Shown: positions 50,506-60,335 of the stretch, piece by piece
How the letters are laid out: every line of letters begins with the position of its first letter
Position numbering within the stretch: position 1 is the first letter of the stretch
Source: an uncultured Clostridium sp.
Lineage (GTDB): Bacteria; Bacillota_I; Bacilli_A; RF39; UBA660
Reading direction: 5' to 3'
Assembly: GCA_964475905.1 (NCBI GenBank)
Contig: CAYYXX010000001.1
Coordinates: 2,989-66,988 of the forward strand
Length of the DNA: 64,000 nucleotides
Program-made: the position numbers and the translations under genes
Notes under the pieces: generated by a model
What the model was told of the DNA's origin: nothing
The model's input: only the letters and a program-made list of their open reading frames with translations
Database searches by the model: none

Positions 50506-51621
50506 ATGAATAAAAAAAACAATAAAATAATAATACCAGTATTAGTATTTGTAGCCTTTGTAGGAGGAGCTATCTGGGCTTATCTAGTATTAAATCAATT
50601 AAATACAGGAAGTGTAATAACTAGTACAAAGACAGGAACATATACTATAAATGAAAATAGCATAGCCTTAGCCGTAGAAAAAATATATGATGCTACCGTA
50701 ACTGTAGCAACCTATAAAGACAATAAAGCCATTTCAACAGGAACAGGTTTTGTCTATAAAAAAGAAGGATCTACAGCATACATCATGACTAATAATCATG
50801 TTATATCTGGAGGAGATTCAGCCAAAGTAATCTTCAGTGATGGTACTTCAGCAGATACCAAGATATTAGGAGGAGAAACATATTCAGATATAGCAGTATT
50901 AACAGTAAGCTCTGCAAGTATAAAGCAAGTAGCAACAATAGGAAACACAGAAAATATAAAATTAGGAGACACAACATTTGCCGTAGGAGCACCATTAGGA
51001 GATACCTATAGTGGAACAGTAACCAAAGGTATACTATCAGGAAAAGATCGCTTAGTAGCAGTATCCTTTTCCGGAAGCTCATCAGATTACTACATGAAAG
51101 TATTACAAACAGATGCTGCCCTAAATCCAGGTAATAGTGGTGGACCATTATGCAATGTAAACGGCGAAGTAATAGGAGTAAACTCATTAAAACTAACTGA
51201 AGAAAAGACAAGTACTACTACAAGTTATAGTGTAGAAGGAATGGGCTTTGCTATCCCAATAGAAGATGCTATATCCTATGCTGGAATAATAGAAAAAGGA
51301 CAATCAGTAAAAAGACCATACATAGGTATTAGTATGCTAGATATAACTGACAGTTACTACTTATGGCAAGCAGGAATAACACTTCCAAAAGGAGTAGAAA
51401 AGGGCGTAGCAGTACTAGAAGTAGTATCATCATCTCCAGCAGAAAAAGCCGGCTTAAAACAAGGAGATATAATTACCAAACTAGACGCAGAAGAAATATC
51501 TTCAGTAGCAGAACTTCGTTATGAATTATATAAACATAATCCAACAGATAAGATAACCATAACATATAATAGAAGTGGTAAAGTCTTAACAGCAGAAGTA
51601 ACATTAGAAGAATCAAAATAA
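50506..51621 (+). CDS. htrA: HtrA/DegP-family serine protease with a C-terminal PDZ domain
   Basis: N-terminal TM anchor, catalytic H, D and GNSGGPL, then a PDZ domain. Confidence 0.9.
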   Translation: MNKKNNKIIIPVLVFVAFVGGAIWAYLVLNQLNTGSVITSTKTGTYTINENSIALAVEKIYDATVTVATYKDNKAISTGTGFVYKKEGSTAYIMTNNHVISGGDSAKVIFSDGTSADTKILGGETYSDIAVLTVSSASIKQVATIGNTENIKLGDTTFAVGAPLGDTYSGTVTKGILSGKDRLVAVSFSGSSSDYYMKVLQTDAALNPGNSGGPLCNVNGEVIGVNSLKLTEEKTSTTTSYSVEGMGFAIPIEDAISYAGIIEKGQSVKRPYIGISMLDITDSYYLWQAGITLPKGVEKGVAVLEVVSSSPAEKAGLKQGDIITKLDAEEISSVAELRYELYKHNPTDKITITYNRSGKVLTAEVTLEESK

Positions 51622-51651
51622 TACTTAGATTAATTTCTAAGTTTTTTATTG

Positions 51652-51702
51652 CCCCTCAAGCCTGTAGTCTTTAGGGGTATGAGAAAGCCTAAGGTCTTTC
51701 TC
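51652..51702. repeat. tandem hairpin repeats after htrA (loops CCTGTAGT and CCTAAGGT)
   Basis: cccctcaag-cctgtagt-ctttagggg and gagaaag-cctaaggt-ctttctc. Confidence 0.55.
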
Positions 51703-51804
51703 ATAAACAATTTTATATAATTATCAATTTTAATATCAAAACTATTGTATTTTATTATCAATTTTTGTTATAATAAATATGACAAAAAGAAAGGTGATTA
51801 ACAA

Positions 51805-52254
51805 ATGGAAGAATATAAAATAACATCACATAGTGATAATGAAACAATCTTAATAGCCCAAAATATAGAATCAGAGAAATTTCCCAACATGGTAATATGC
51901 TTAAATGGGGACTTAGGTAGTGGGAAAACAATCTTTGCAAAAGGCTTTGCTCATGCCATGAACATAGATGATGTAACATCTCCTACTTTTACAATTATAA
52001 AAGAATATATGGGTGAATTACCACTGTATCACATAGATGTATATCGCTTAGAAAATAATGCCGAAGATATAGGAATAGAAGAATACTTTGATAAAGGTGG
52101 AGTAACTATAATAGAATGGGCAGATATGATAAAAGATATTTTACCAGAAGAAAGACTAGATATAAAAATTAAAATAGCAGATGATAATACAAGAATTCTA
52201 ATTTTAAAACCACATGGTGAAAAATATGTAAGTATTTGTGAGGATATAATATGA
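51805..52254 (+). CDS. tsaE: tRNA threonylcarbamoyladenosine biosynthesis ATPase TsaE
   Basis: NGDLGSGKT P-loop; about 150 aa. Confidence 0.85.
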   Translation: MEEYKITSHSDNETILIAQNIESEKFPNMVICLNGDLGSGKTIFAKGFAHAMNIDDVTSPTFTIIKEYMGELPLYHIDVYRLENNAEDIGIEEYFDKGGVTIIEWADMIKDILPEERLDIKIKIADDNTRILILKPHGEKYVSICEDII

Positions 52255-52835
52255 TAAGTCTATTTATAGATACATCACTAGAAGATGTATCTATTGCCTT
52301 AACCAAAGATGGTAAAAAAATATCAGAAATACATGAATATATACCCAAACAACATTCAGTATATGTAACTAAATATATAAGTGATATATTAACCCAAAAC
52401 AACTTATCAACAACTTCTGTTGATGAAATAATAGTAGTAAATGGACCGGGTTCTTTCACAGGTATTAGAATAGGAGTAACAAACGCCAAAATATTTGCCT
52501 ACATTAATAAAATAAGAATAGTAACAATAACATCCCTAAAAGCAAGGGTATTAGGAGAAATATCTCCCTATTTATTAACAACAATAGATGCCAAACATGG
52601 TAATTACTATGTAGGATTATATGATGAAAACTATAACACTATTCTAGAAAAATTCACTTCTATAGAAGAAGTAGAAAAAATAAAAGCCAAATATTCCCCA
52701 AAGATAATAGAAGTAACAAAACCATATAACATTGAAGCTATAGTTGAATATAGCAAAAAAATAAAAGATATTCCACCACATGCCGTAAATCCAACATATC
52801 TAAAATTACCCGAGGCAATGGAGAAAAAATGTTAA
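52251..52835 (+). CDS. tsaB: tRNA t6A biosynthesis protein TsaB
   Basis: Inactive Kae1/TsaD paralogue fold; operon position. Confidence 0.85.
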   Translation: MISLFIDTSLEDVSIALTKDGKKISEIHEYIPKQHSVYVTKYISDILTQNNLSTTSVDEIIVVNGPGSFTGIRIGVTNAKIFAYINKIRIVTITSLKARVLGEISPYLLTTIDAKHGNYYVGLYDENYNTILEKFTSIEEVEKIKAKYSPKIIEVTKPYNIEAIVEYSKKIKDIPPHAVNPTYLKLPEAMEKKC

Positions 52836-53182
52836 AAGAAGTTATAAAAGAAGATCCCAGTCCCTATGTCAAATACATAGAATATGAAGAAGAAAATAAA
52901 ATATTAGGATATTTAAAATATTCTCTAATATATGACCGAATAGAAATAGATAATATTTTTGTAGAACCAAATTATCGAGGACAAAAAATAGGGGATAAAC
53001 TAATGAATAAATTAGTAGAAATAGCAATAAATAATAAAGTATTAAATATAACACTAGAAGTAAGAGTAAGTAATATAGTAGCAATAAATCTTTATAAAAA
53101 ATATGGTTTTTATAAAACTGCTATTAGAAAATACTATTATGGAGATGAAGATGCAATACTAATGGAAAAACAGGTGATGTAA
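52829..53182 (+). CDS. rimI: GNAT N-acetyltransferase (RimI-like)
   Basis: GNAT motif A (QKIGDKLMNKLVE); conserved tsaB-rimI-tsaD order. Confidence 0.7.
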   Translation: MLKEVIKEDPSPYVKYIEYEEENKILGYLKYSLIYDRIEIDNIFVEPNYRGQKIGDKLMNKLVEIAINNKVLNITLEVRVSNIVAINLYKKYGFYKTAIRKYYYGDEDAILMEKQVM

Positions 53183-53183
53183 A

Positions 53184-54197
53184 GTGAAAGATATATATAT
53201 ATTAGGAATAGAATCAAGTTGTGATGAGACAAGTATGAGTATAGTAAAAAATGGCAATACTGAAATAGCAACAGTAGTACTAAGCCAAATAGATATTCAT
53301 AAAAACTATGGAGGAGTAGTACCAGAAATAGCTAGTCGAAATCATGTAGAAAATATTAGTATAGTATTAGAAGAATTACTAACTAAAGCCAATATGACAC
53401 TAAATGATATAACAGCAGTAGGAGTAACCTATGGTCCGGGACTAATAGGAAGTCTTTTAGTAGGAGTAGAAGCCGCTAAAGCAATATCCTTAGTAACAGG
53501 AAAACCCCTAATACCAGTTCATCACATTATAGGCCATATTTATGCTAATAATCTAAAAGAAAGATTAAAATTTCCTTTAATAGCTTTAGTAGTAAGTGGT
53601 GGACACACCGAACTAATCTACATGAAAGAAGACTATTCATTTGAAAAAATAGGAGGAACATTAGACGACGCCGTAGGAGAATGTTATGATAAAGTAGCCA
53701 AAGTACTAAATCTAGAATATCCAGGAGGACCAAAAGTAGATAAATTAGCCCATCAAGGCCAAGATACCTATAATCTTCCCTATCCATTAGATGACAGCAG
53801 TTATAACTTCAGTTTTAGTGGTATAAAATCCGCTGTCATAAACCTAGTACATAATGAAAATCAAAAAAATAACCCCATAAAAAAAGAAGATTTATCTACA
53901 ACATTTCAAAATAGGGTAATAAGTATATTAACCAAAAAAACAATGAAAGCCCTAAAAGAATATAAAGTAAATAACCTAGTAGTAGCAGGAGGAGTATCCG
54001 CTAATCAAGGATTAAGAGAAAAACTAACTGAAGAGTGTCAAAAAGAAAACATAAATATCTCCTTTCCTGAACTAAAATACTGTACAGATAATGGAGCTAT
54101 GATTGCTACAGCAGGATACTTTGCATATAAAAAAGGTATCAGAGCCGATCTGACTTTGACAGCAGTAGCCACAGATACAATATACAAAGACTGGTAA
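53184..54197 (+). CDS. tsaD: tRNA N6-adenosine threonylcarbamoyltransferase TsaD
   Basis: ILGIESSCDETS and HxxGH metal site; GTG start after AGGTGA. Confidence 0.9.
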   Translation: MKDIYILGIESSCDETSMSIVKNGNTEIATVVLSQIDIHKNYGGVVPEIASRNHVENISIVLEELLTKANMTLNDITAVGVTYGPGLIGSLLVGVEAAKAISLVTGKPLIPVHHIIGHIYANNLKERLKFPLIALVVSGGHTELIYMKEDYSFEKIGGTLDDAVGECYDKVAKVLNLEYPGGPKVDKLAHQGQDTYNLPYPLDDSSYNFSFSGIKSAVINLVHNENQKNNPIKKEDLSTTFQNRVISILTKKTMKALKEYKVNNLVVAGGVSANQGLREKLTEECQKENINISFPELKYCTDNGAMIATAGYFAYKKGIRADLTLTAVATDTIYKDW

Positions 54198-54301
54198 GAT
54201 TATAGAAATATAATCTTTTTTTAATTTCCAAGGACAATCTCTATTACAACAAAAATTAAACCAGCATAAAATAAAATGATTATGAATAGAGGTGAGAAAA
54301 T

Positions 54302-54607
54302 ATGGAATTCATAAATCAAAATACCGAATTAGTAGTAACCCTACTTACAATGATACTAACATGGGTATTAGGTTTTATATCTAAAAGATGCCCATATGTT
54401 AATAACAATTTAATAATTATTCAAAATATTGTTATTGGCTTATCCGTATCAATATTCTATTTTATAATAACAAAAGATTTTAATTTAGCAATAACCTTAA
54501 GTGGTCTATTAGCGGAAACAGGCTATAATCTTATTCATAATATAGAAAAATTAATAAAGGAGGGAACTGATGGTACCAATAATAAAGAAAATAGTACCAG
54601 AAAATAG
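54302..54607 (+). CDS. putative holin-like small membrane protein
   Basis: 101 aa, two to three TM helices with a charged C-terminus; directly precedes and overlaps an Amidase_2 gene. Confidence 0.4.
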   Translation: MEFINQNTELVVTLLTMILTWVLGFISKRCPYVNNNLIIIQNIVIGLSVSIFYFIITKDFNLAITLSGLLAETGYNLIHNIEKLIKEGTDGTNNKENSTRK

Positions 54608-55442
54608 ATACTATCTAAAATGCCCATATAAAATGACACCAACCAGAATCGTCGTACACAATACTGCTAATGACGCAACTGCCAGAAATGAAATATCATA
54701 TATGACAAATAATGATTATGAAGTGTCATTTCATTATGCAGTAGATGATAAAGAAATAGTCCAAGGTATTGAAGAAAACAGAAACGCATGGCATGCTTCA
54801 GACGGTAATGGCAAAGGAAATAGAGAAGGTATAGCAATAGAAATATGCTACTCCAAATCAGGAGGAGATCGTTTTACCAAAGCCGAAGAAAATGCAATAG
54901 ACTTAATCGTAGACATACTAAATAGATATAACTGGGATATAGATAAAGTAACCAAACACCAAGACTATACCAATAAATATTGTCCCCATAGAACTCTAGA
55001 TCTTGGTTGGAATAGATTTTTAAATAAAATAAATGACAAACTATCACAAACAAGAAACAGAAAATTCATAATAGGAGAAAAAATATATAACAAAGAAGAT
55101 TTATACCTAAAAGAAACCGCAGGCTATGGTGGAAAATTAATGTTATTAAAAAAAGATACAGAATCAATAGTAAAAAAATACCACTACAATAAAGGCTTAT
55201 ATATGGCACTAGGAGAAAGTAATAAATACTATGATTGTGCATGGACAGATGAATACAGTCTATTTACTACAGAAAAGCCATTAAAAGAAGAGAATAATAA
55301 AATAAATAATGAAACACCAATAGAAGAAACAAAAGAAGAAGAAAAAGATATCATAACCCAAAAAGAAAGAGAAAACGCCTTATTATGGTTATTAGATAAA
55401 ATCATAAAATTCATAGTTAAACTATTTAAAAGAGGAAAATAA
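54570..55442 (+). CDS. N-acetylmuramoyl-L-alanine amidase, Amidase_2/PGRP family (CwlA / endolysin type)
   Basis: RIVVHNTA...H...E...KHQDYTNKYCP zinc-amidase motifs, plus a C-terminal Lys/Glu-rich region. Confidence 0.8.
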   Translation: MVPIIKKIVPENRYYLKCPYKMTPTRIVVHNTANDATARNEISYMTNNDYEVSFHYAVDDKEIVQGIEENRNAWHASDGNGKGNREGIAIEICYSKSGGDRFTKAEENAIDLIVDILNRYNWDIDKVTKHQDYTNKYCPHRTLDLGWNRFLNKINDKLSQTRNRKFIIGEKIYNKEDLYLKETAGYGGKLMLLKKDTESIVKKYHYNKGLYMALGESNKYYDCAWTDEYSLFTTEKPLKEENNKINNETPIEETKEEEKDIITQKERENALLWLLDKIIKFIVKLFKRGK

Positions 55443-55569
55443 TATCCTCTTTTAACATTAATACAAACATAAGTATGATAAAAAAATAAAAATAAAAAAT
55501 ATTATACTCTTTACTTCACTATCTCATTAAAATATGATAAAATGAAATAAAGAAAGATGAGGTAACAAC

Positions 55570-57651
55570 ATGCAAATAGAAAAATTAAATGATAAGCAAG
55601 AAATAGCTGTTAATCATATAGATGGACCAATGCTCGTTTTAGCAGGAGCAGGTTCTGGAAAAACAAAAGTATTAACAAATAGAATAGCAAACTTAATAAA
55701 TAAAGGTATAAATCCTACTAATATATTAGCTATAACTTTTACAAATAAAGCTGCCAAAGAAATGAAAGATAGAGTAGTAAGATTAATAGGTAAAGAAGCA
55801 TATAATATACAAATATCAACATTTCATTCCTTAGGTTTAAAAATACTAAAAGAAAACTATGCCTACTTAGGATACGAAAAAAACTTTACTATTATTGATA
55901 GTGATGATGTATTAACCATTATAAAAAAAATATTAAAAGACAAAAACATGGCTAAAGAATACTACAGTCCACGAGAAATCAAAAATAAAATAAGTTCCGC
56001 AAAAAATGAAATGATGAGTACTGAAACATTTGCTAAAGTAGAGTTTGATCATAAAGTAGTAGAAGTCTATAAAGAATATCAAAAAAAATTAAAAAATGGC
56101 AACTCTGTAGACTTTGATGATCTACTAATTCTCCCAATAAAATTATTCAAAAACTATCCAAATATACTAGATGAATATCAAGAAAGATACAAATATATTT
56201 TAATAGATGAATATCAAGATACAAATGAAGCACAATATACATTTAGTAAATTAATATCAGCCAAATATAGAAATATTTTTGTAGTAGGAGATAACGATCA
56301 AGCTATTTATGCCTTTAGAGGAGCCAATTATAAAAATATATTAAATTTTGAAAAAGATTACCCAGAGACCAAGACAGTACTACTAGAAGAAAACTATCGT
56401 TCGACAAAAAACATTTTAAATGCCGCTAATAGTGTAATAAAAAACAATCGTGAAAGAAAAGATAAAAATTTATGGAGTAATAATGATGAGGGAAGCAAAA
56501 TAAAATATAAAGAAGTATCAAATGAAAAAGAAGAAGCTTCTTATGTTTCAAATGAAATAAAAAATCTATTACAAAAAGGAGTAAATGAAGAACAAATAGC
56601 GGTTCTATATCGAACTAATGCTCAATCCCGTATTATAGAAGAAGAAATGTTAAAGAAAAATATCAAATATCGAGTAGTAGGAAGCTTCTACTTCTATAAC
56701 CGTAAAGAAATAAAAGACCTTCTATGCTACTTAAGATTAATAAACAATCATAAAGATGATGTAAGCTTACTTAGAGTAATAAATACTCCAAGAAGAGGAA
56801 TAGGAGACAAAACAATTGAAAATTTAGTAAATGAATCAGCCGAGAAAAACATCTCCTTATATGAAGCCATAAATAAAGGTAAAGAACAAGAATTCAAAAA
56901 CATAATCGAAGAATTAACTAACATCAGTAGTAGTCTATCATTAACAGAACTAATCGAAGAAATACTAGAAAAGACAGGTATCAAAAAAGAGCTAGAGGCC
57001 TCCAAATCCCTAGAAGATGAAATAAGATTAGAAAACCTAAACGAATTCAAAGGAGTTACCAAAAGTTATGAAGAAGAATACGGATCAGCTTCCCTATCAG
57101 ATTTCTTAGAAGAAATATCCCTAGTAAGTGATATGTCTGAACATCAAGATAGTTCCAATAGAATTAGTTTGATGACTGTCCATTCTGTAAAAGGCTTAGA
57201 ATTTGATTATGTCTATATAATAGGAATGGAAGAAGGAATATTCCCACACTATAATGCTATCAATGACGGAAGCTCATCTGCTATTGAAGAAGAAAGAAGA
57301 CTATGCTATGTAGCAATAACTAGAGCACGAAAAGAATTAACTATCACATCAGCAGATACTAGAATGCTATTCGGAAAAACAAGCAGAAATATGCCAAGTA
57401 GATTTATCCAAGAAATAGATAAAGAATACATAGATAAAGAAAAAACAAATAAGATAGAAAAAGTTGTAAAAAAAGCAAGAAAAAATATAGATACAACAAT
57501 AACCTATGAAGTAGGAGAAAAAATATCCCATACAGATTTCGGAGAAGGAATAATAATAAGTGTTGAAAAATCAATATTAACCGTAGCATTTCCTCATCCA
57601 ATAGGTATAAAAAAACTAATGAAAGGACATCCAAATATAAGCAAACTATAA
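55570..57651 (+). CDS. pcrA: ATP-dependent DNA helicase PcrA (UvrD family)
   Basis: Walker A AGAGSGKT and SF1 motifs I-VI; 693 aa. Confidence 0.9.
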   Translation: MQIEKLNDKQEIAVNHIDGPMLVLAGAGSGKTKVLTNRIANLINKGINPTNILAITFTNKAAKEMKDRVVRLIGKEAYNIQISTFHSLGLKILKENYAYLGYEKNFTIIDSDDVLTIIKKILKDKNMAKEYYSPREIKNKISSAKNEMMSTETFAKVEFDHKVVEVYKEYQKKLKNGNSVDFDDLLILPIKLFKNYPNILDEYQERYKYILIDEYQDTNEAQYTFSKLISAKYRNIFVVGDNDQAIYAFRGANYKNILNFEKDYPETKTVLLEENYRSTKNILNAANSVIKNNRERKDKNLWSNNDEGSKIKYKEVSNEKEEASYVSNEIKNLLQKGVNEEQIAVLYRTNAQSRIIEEEMLKKNIKYRVVGSFYFYNRKEIKDLLCYLRLINNHKDDVSLLRVINTPRRGIGDKTIENLVNESAEKNISLYEAINKGKEQEFKNIIEELTNISSSLSLTELIEEILEKTGIKKELEASKSLEDEIRLENLNEFKGVTKSYEEEYGSASLSDFLEEISLVSDMSEHQDSSNRISLMTVHSVKGLEFDYVYIIGMEEGIFPHYNAINDGSSSAIEEERRLCYVAITRARKELTITSADTRMLFGKTSRNMPSRFIQEIDKEYIDKEKTNKIEKVVKKARKNIDTTITYEVGEKISHTDFGEGIIISVEKSILTVAFPHPIGIKKLMKGHPNISKL

Positions 57652-57670
57652 AAAGAAAAGAGGAGTAGTT

Positions 57671-58624
57671 ATGAAAAAAACAATACTAAGCTTTATTCTT
57701 GTAATAACTATGATGATCGGAGAAATGATCATTCTAAACAATGATATTGAAGACATAAAATTAAATATAAATAAAGTAGAAGAAGAATTAAAAGGAAAGA
57801 AAGAAATAGAAAAAATAAAAGAAGAAAAAGATATTTTAAATGAAGATATCCAAAATATACTATCAGTATCCACCTTTAGTACACAAGAAATAGAAGAAAT
57901 AATGACTAGTGAAAAAACAATATCAGAAAAATTAGCCAAAGAAATAACTGACTTAGAAAATAAAATTATAAATTTAGAAGATAAATTAACAGATGTCCAA
58001 AAAGAATATTACAATATAGTAAAAGAAAATGCTAAGAAAAATACATTCTATATTTCTAATGTACCATTTATTAACCAATACCCCAATTATCCAACCGGAT
58101 GTGAATCAGTTGCCTTAACTATTCTATTAAAATATCACGGAGTATCAGTAACCCCTGATGACATTATTGCAAAATTACCCAAAGGAAGTACTCCAGTAGA
58201 AAAAAATGGTAAAATCTATGGAGGCAATCCAGAAGTAGAATTTATTGGCAATCCCTATAGCTTAAATGCCTATGGTGTATATGAAAAACCAATCGCTAAT
58301 GTAGCAAATAAATATAAAAGTGGTATTAAAATAGCAACAGGTACAAGTTTTGAAAAAATACTTGAAATAGTAAAAAGTGGAAAGCCAGTTATGGTATGGA
58401 CATCAATGTATTTAGCCGTTCCATACATATCAAAATCATGGATTTATGAACCAACAGGAGAAACAATTTATTGGAAAGCCAATGAACATGCCGTAGTTAT
58501 AATTGGATACACTGAAGATAAAGTAATTATATCTGACCCAATAGATGGTAAAGCTAAATATCAATCTAAAAGCATCTTCAAAGAAAGATATGATTATTAT
58601 GGAAAGAAGGCTCTATATTACTAA
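57671..58624 (+). CDS. peptidase_C39-like (YvpB/BtrH-type) domain protein with an N-terminal TM anchor and coiled coil
   Basis: QYPNYPTGCESVALTILLKYHG Cys motif and a downstream His. Confidence 0.6.
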   Translation: MKKTILSFILVITMMIGEMIILNNDIEDIKLNINKVEEELKGKKEIEKIKEEKDILNEDIQNILSVSTFSTQEIEEIMTSEKTISEKLAKEITDLENKIINLEDKLTDVQKEYYNIVKENAKKNTFYISNVPFINQYPNYPTGCESVALTILLKYHGVSVTPDDIIAKLPKGSTPVEKNGKIYGGNPEVEFIGNPYSLNAYGVYEKPIANVANKYKSGIKIATGTSFEKILEIVKSGKPVMVWTSMYLAVPYISKSWIYEPTGETIYWKANEHAVVIIGYTEDKVIISDPIDGKAKYQSKSIFKERYDYYGKKALYY

Positions 58625-58938
58625 TGAAAAGAAAAGAAAAGAAAATAATCCCAATAATATTAATGATAATAACCATAATAATATTTCTTCTATTAACATA
58701 TACACTATATCAAAAAATAACTATAAGTAGTAAAAATAAAGAATTAACTTCTTACTTAAAAGAATATAAAGCTTTAACAGAAGAAGTAGAAAATCTCAAA
58801 AACATAAAAGAAAATTATGAATTAATAAAAGAAAATAATCAAGAATTAGAAAAGCGAAAAAATGATCTAGAAAAAGAAATAACTACTCTAAATAATAAAA
58901 TTAATAATACTCAAAAAGAAATAGATAAACTAAAATAG
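58624..58938 (+). CDS. hypothetical TM plus coiled-coil protein (FtsL/DivIC-like architecture)
   Basis: One TM helix and about 70 aa of heptad-repeat coiled coil. Confidence 0.4.
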   Translation: MKRKEKKIIPIILMIITIIIFLLLTYTLYQKITISSKNKELTSYLKEYKALTEEVENLKNIKENYELIKENNQELEKRKNDLEKEITTLNNKINNTQKEIDKLK

Positions 58939-58983
58939 TATCTATTTCTTTTAAATTAACATATAATTTAATAGGAGGTATAC

Positions 58984-59538
58984 ATGGATTATAGTATTTT
59001 AGTAAATAAAGATAATCCCTTATCAAGAGCATATATCCCAAATACACTAGAAGAGGCAAGTAGTGAATATAAAGAAAAAATACTATTAGATAAAATGGCA
59101 TTAAAAGCTTTTCAAGAACTAAAAAAAGAAGCTAGCAAATATGGATATCATATAGATATAGTAAGTGGTTATAGAGACTATGAATATCAAGAAAAAATAT
59201 ATAATAAACTATTAGAAGAAAAAGGATTTACATATGCCATAACTCGAATAGCGGCTCCGGGAAAGAGTGAACATCAAACAGGATTAGCTTTAGATTTTTG
59301 CATATACAAAGATGGAAAATGCTATATAGAACATGATGTAGAAGATAAAATAGAAACAAAATGGATTCATCAAAATAGTTATAAATATGGTTTAATATTA
59401 AGATATCCAGAGGGTAAAGAAGATATAACTAAGTATAGTTATGAACCATGGCACTTAAGATATGTAGGGAATATAGCAAGTTATATATATAATAATAATT
59501 TAACATTAGAAGAATATAAAGAAAGAGAGTCTAAGTAA
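58984..59538 (+). CDS. D-alanyl-D-alanine carboxypeptidase, VanY / peptidase M15B family
   Basis: SGYRDYEYQ ... SEHQTGLALDF ... EPWHLRYVG zinc-binding motifs. Confidence 0.8.
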   Translation: MDYSILVNKDNPLSRAYIPNTLEEASSEYKEKILLDKMALKAFQELKKEASKYGYHIDIVSGYRDYEYQEKIYNKLLEEKGFTYAITRIAAPGKSEHQTGLALDFCIYKDGKCYIEHDVEDKIETKWIHQNSYKYGLILRYPEGKEDITKYSYEPWHLRYVGNIASYIYNNNLTLEEYKERESK

Positions 59539-59583
59539 TAGATTCTCTTTTAGTATCGCCTCACATTTCATTGTTCGGGCATT

Positions 59584-59635
59584 TTCTAATGCCTTAAAGT
59601 CATTAGAAAGTATTTTTGAGCCTAAGGTCTCAAAA
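59584..59635. repeat. tandem hairpin repeats after the VanY-like gene (loops CCTTAAAGT and CCTAAGGT)
   Basis: ttctaatg-ccttaaagt-cattagaa and ttttgag-cctaaggt-ctcaaaa; a conventional terminator hairpin precedes them at 59526-59554. Confidence 0.55.
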
Positions 59636-59725
59636 ATTAATTATTATCTTCATTATAGTTATAAAAACACCTTGAAATAATACTTTATATAGTATATAAT
59701 TAAACTGACAAGTAAGGAGGAAAAT

Positions 59726-60259
59726 ATGGATACAATAATAGGAATAATATTTATAGCATTAATAGGTACATTATTACACTTTACCTATGAATTATCTGAT
59801 CATAATAAAGTAGTAGCACTTTTTTCGGCAGTAAATGAAAGTACTTGGGAACACATCAAAATAGCCTTAACTCCAACATTTATTTGGACATTATATGATG
59901 GAGCAGTCTATGGAATATATAATAATTACTTTATAGCCAAAACAGCAAGTTTATTAGTAATAATCTTTCTAATACCAATATTATTTTATACCTATAAAAT
60001 ATTTACTAAAAAATCAAAATTACCAATAGATATAATAATATTTTACATAACAATAATAACAAGTTCATTAGTATTCAAATATATTTTAAATTTAAAAGAC
60101 TTACCATATTATATTACATATATCTCATTAGTATTAATGTTTATAATATTTGGCTTATATATGACACTAACACTACTACCAATTAAAAACTTTCTATTCA
60201 AAGACCCTATTACTAATAAATATGGACTAAAAGGACATTCCCATCATCATCATAAATAG
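59726..60259 (+). CDS. hypothetical polytopic membrane protein with a His-rich C-terminus
   Basis: Five to six TM helices; ends GHSHHHHK. Confidence 0.5.
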   Translation: MDTIIGIIFIALIGTLLHFTYELSDHNKVVALFSAVNESTWEHIKIALTPTFIWTLYDGAVYGIYNNYFIAKTASLLVIIFLIPILFYTYKIFTKKSKLPIDIIIFYITIITSSLVFKYILNLKDLPYYITYISLVLMFIIFGLYMTLTLLPIKNFLFKDPITNKYGLKGHSHHHHK

Positions 60260-60335
60260 AGAAAAAATAGTAAAAATATGTTTTAATAACATATTTTTTT
60301 TGGTATAATAATAAAGAAAGTCAGAAGTGAAAGAA

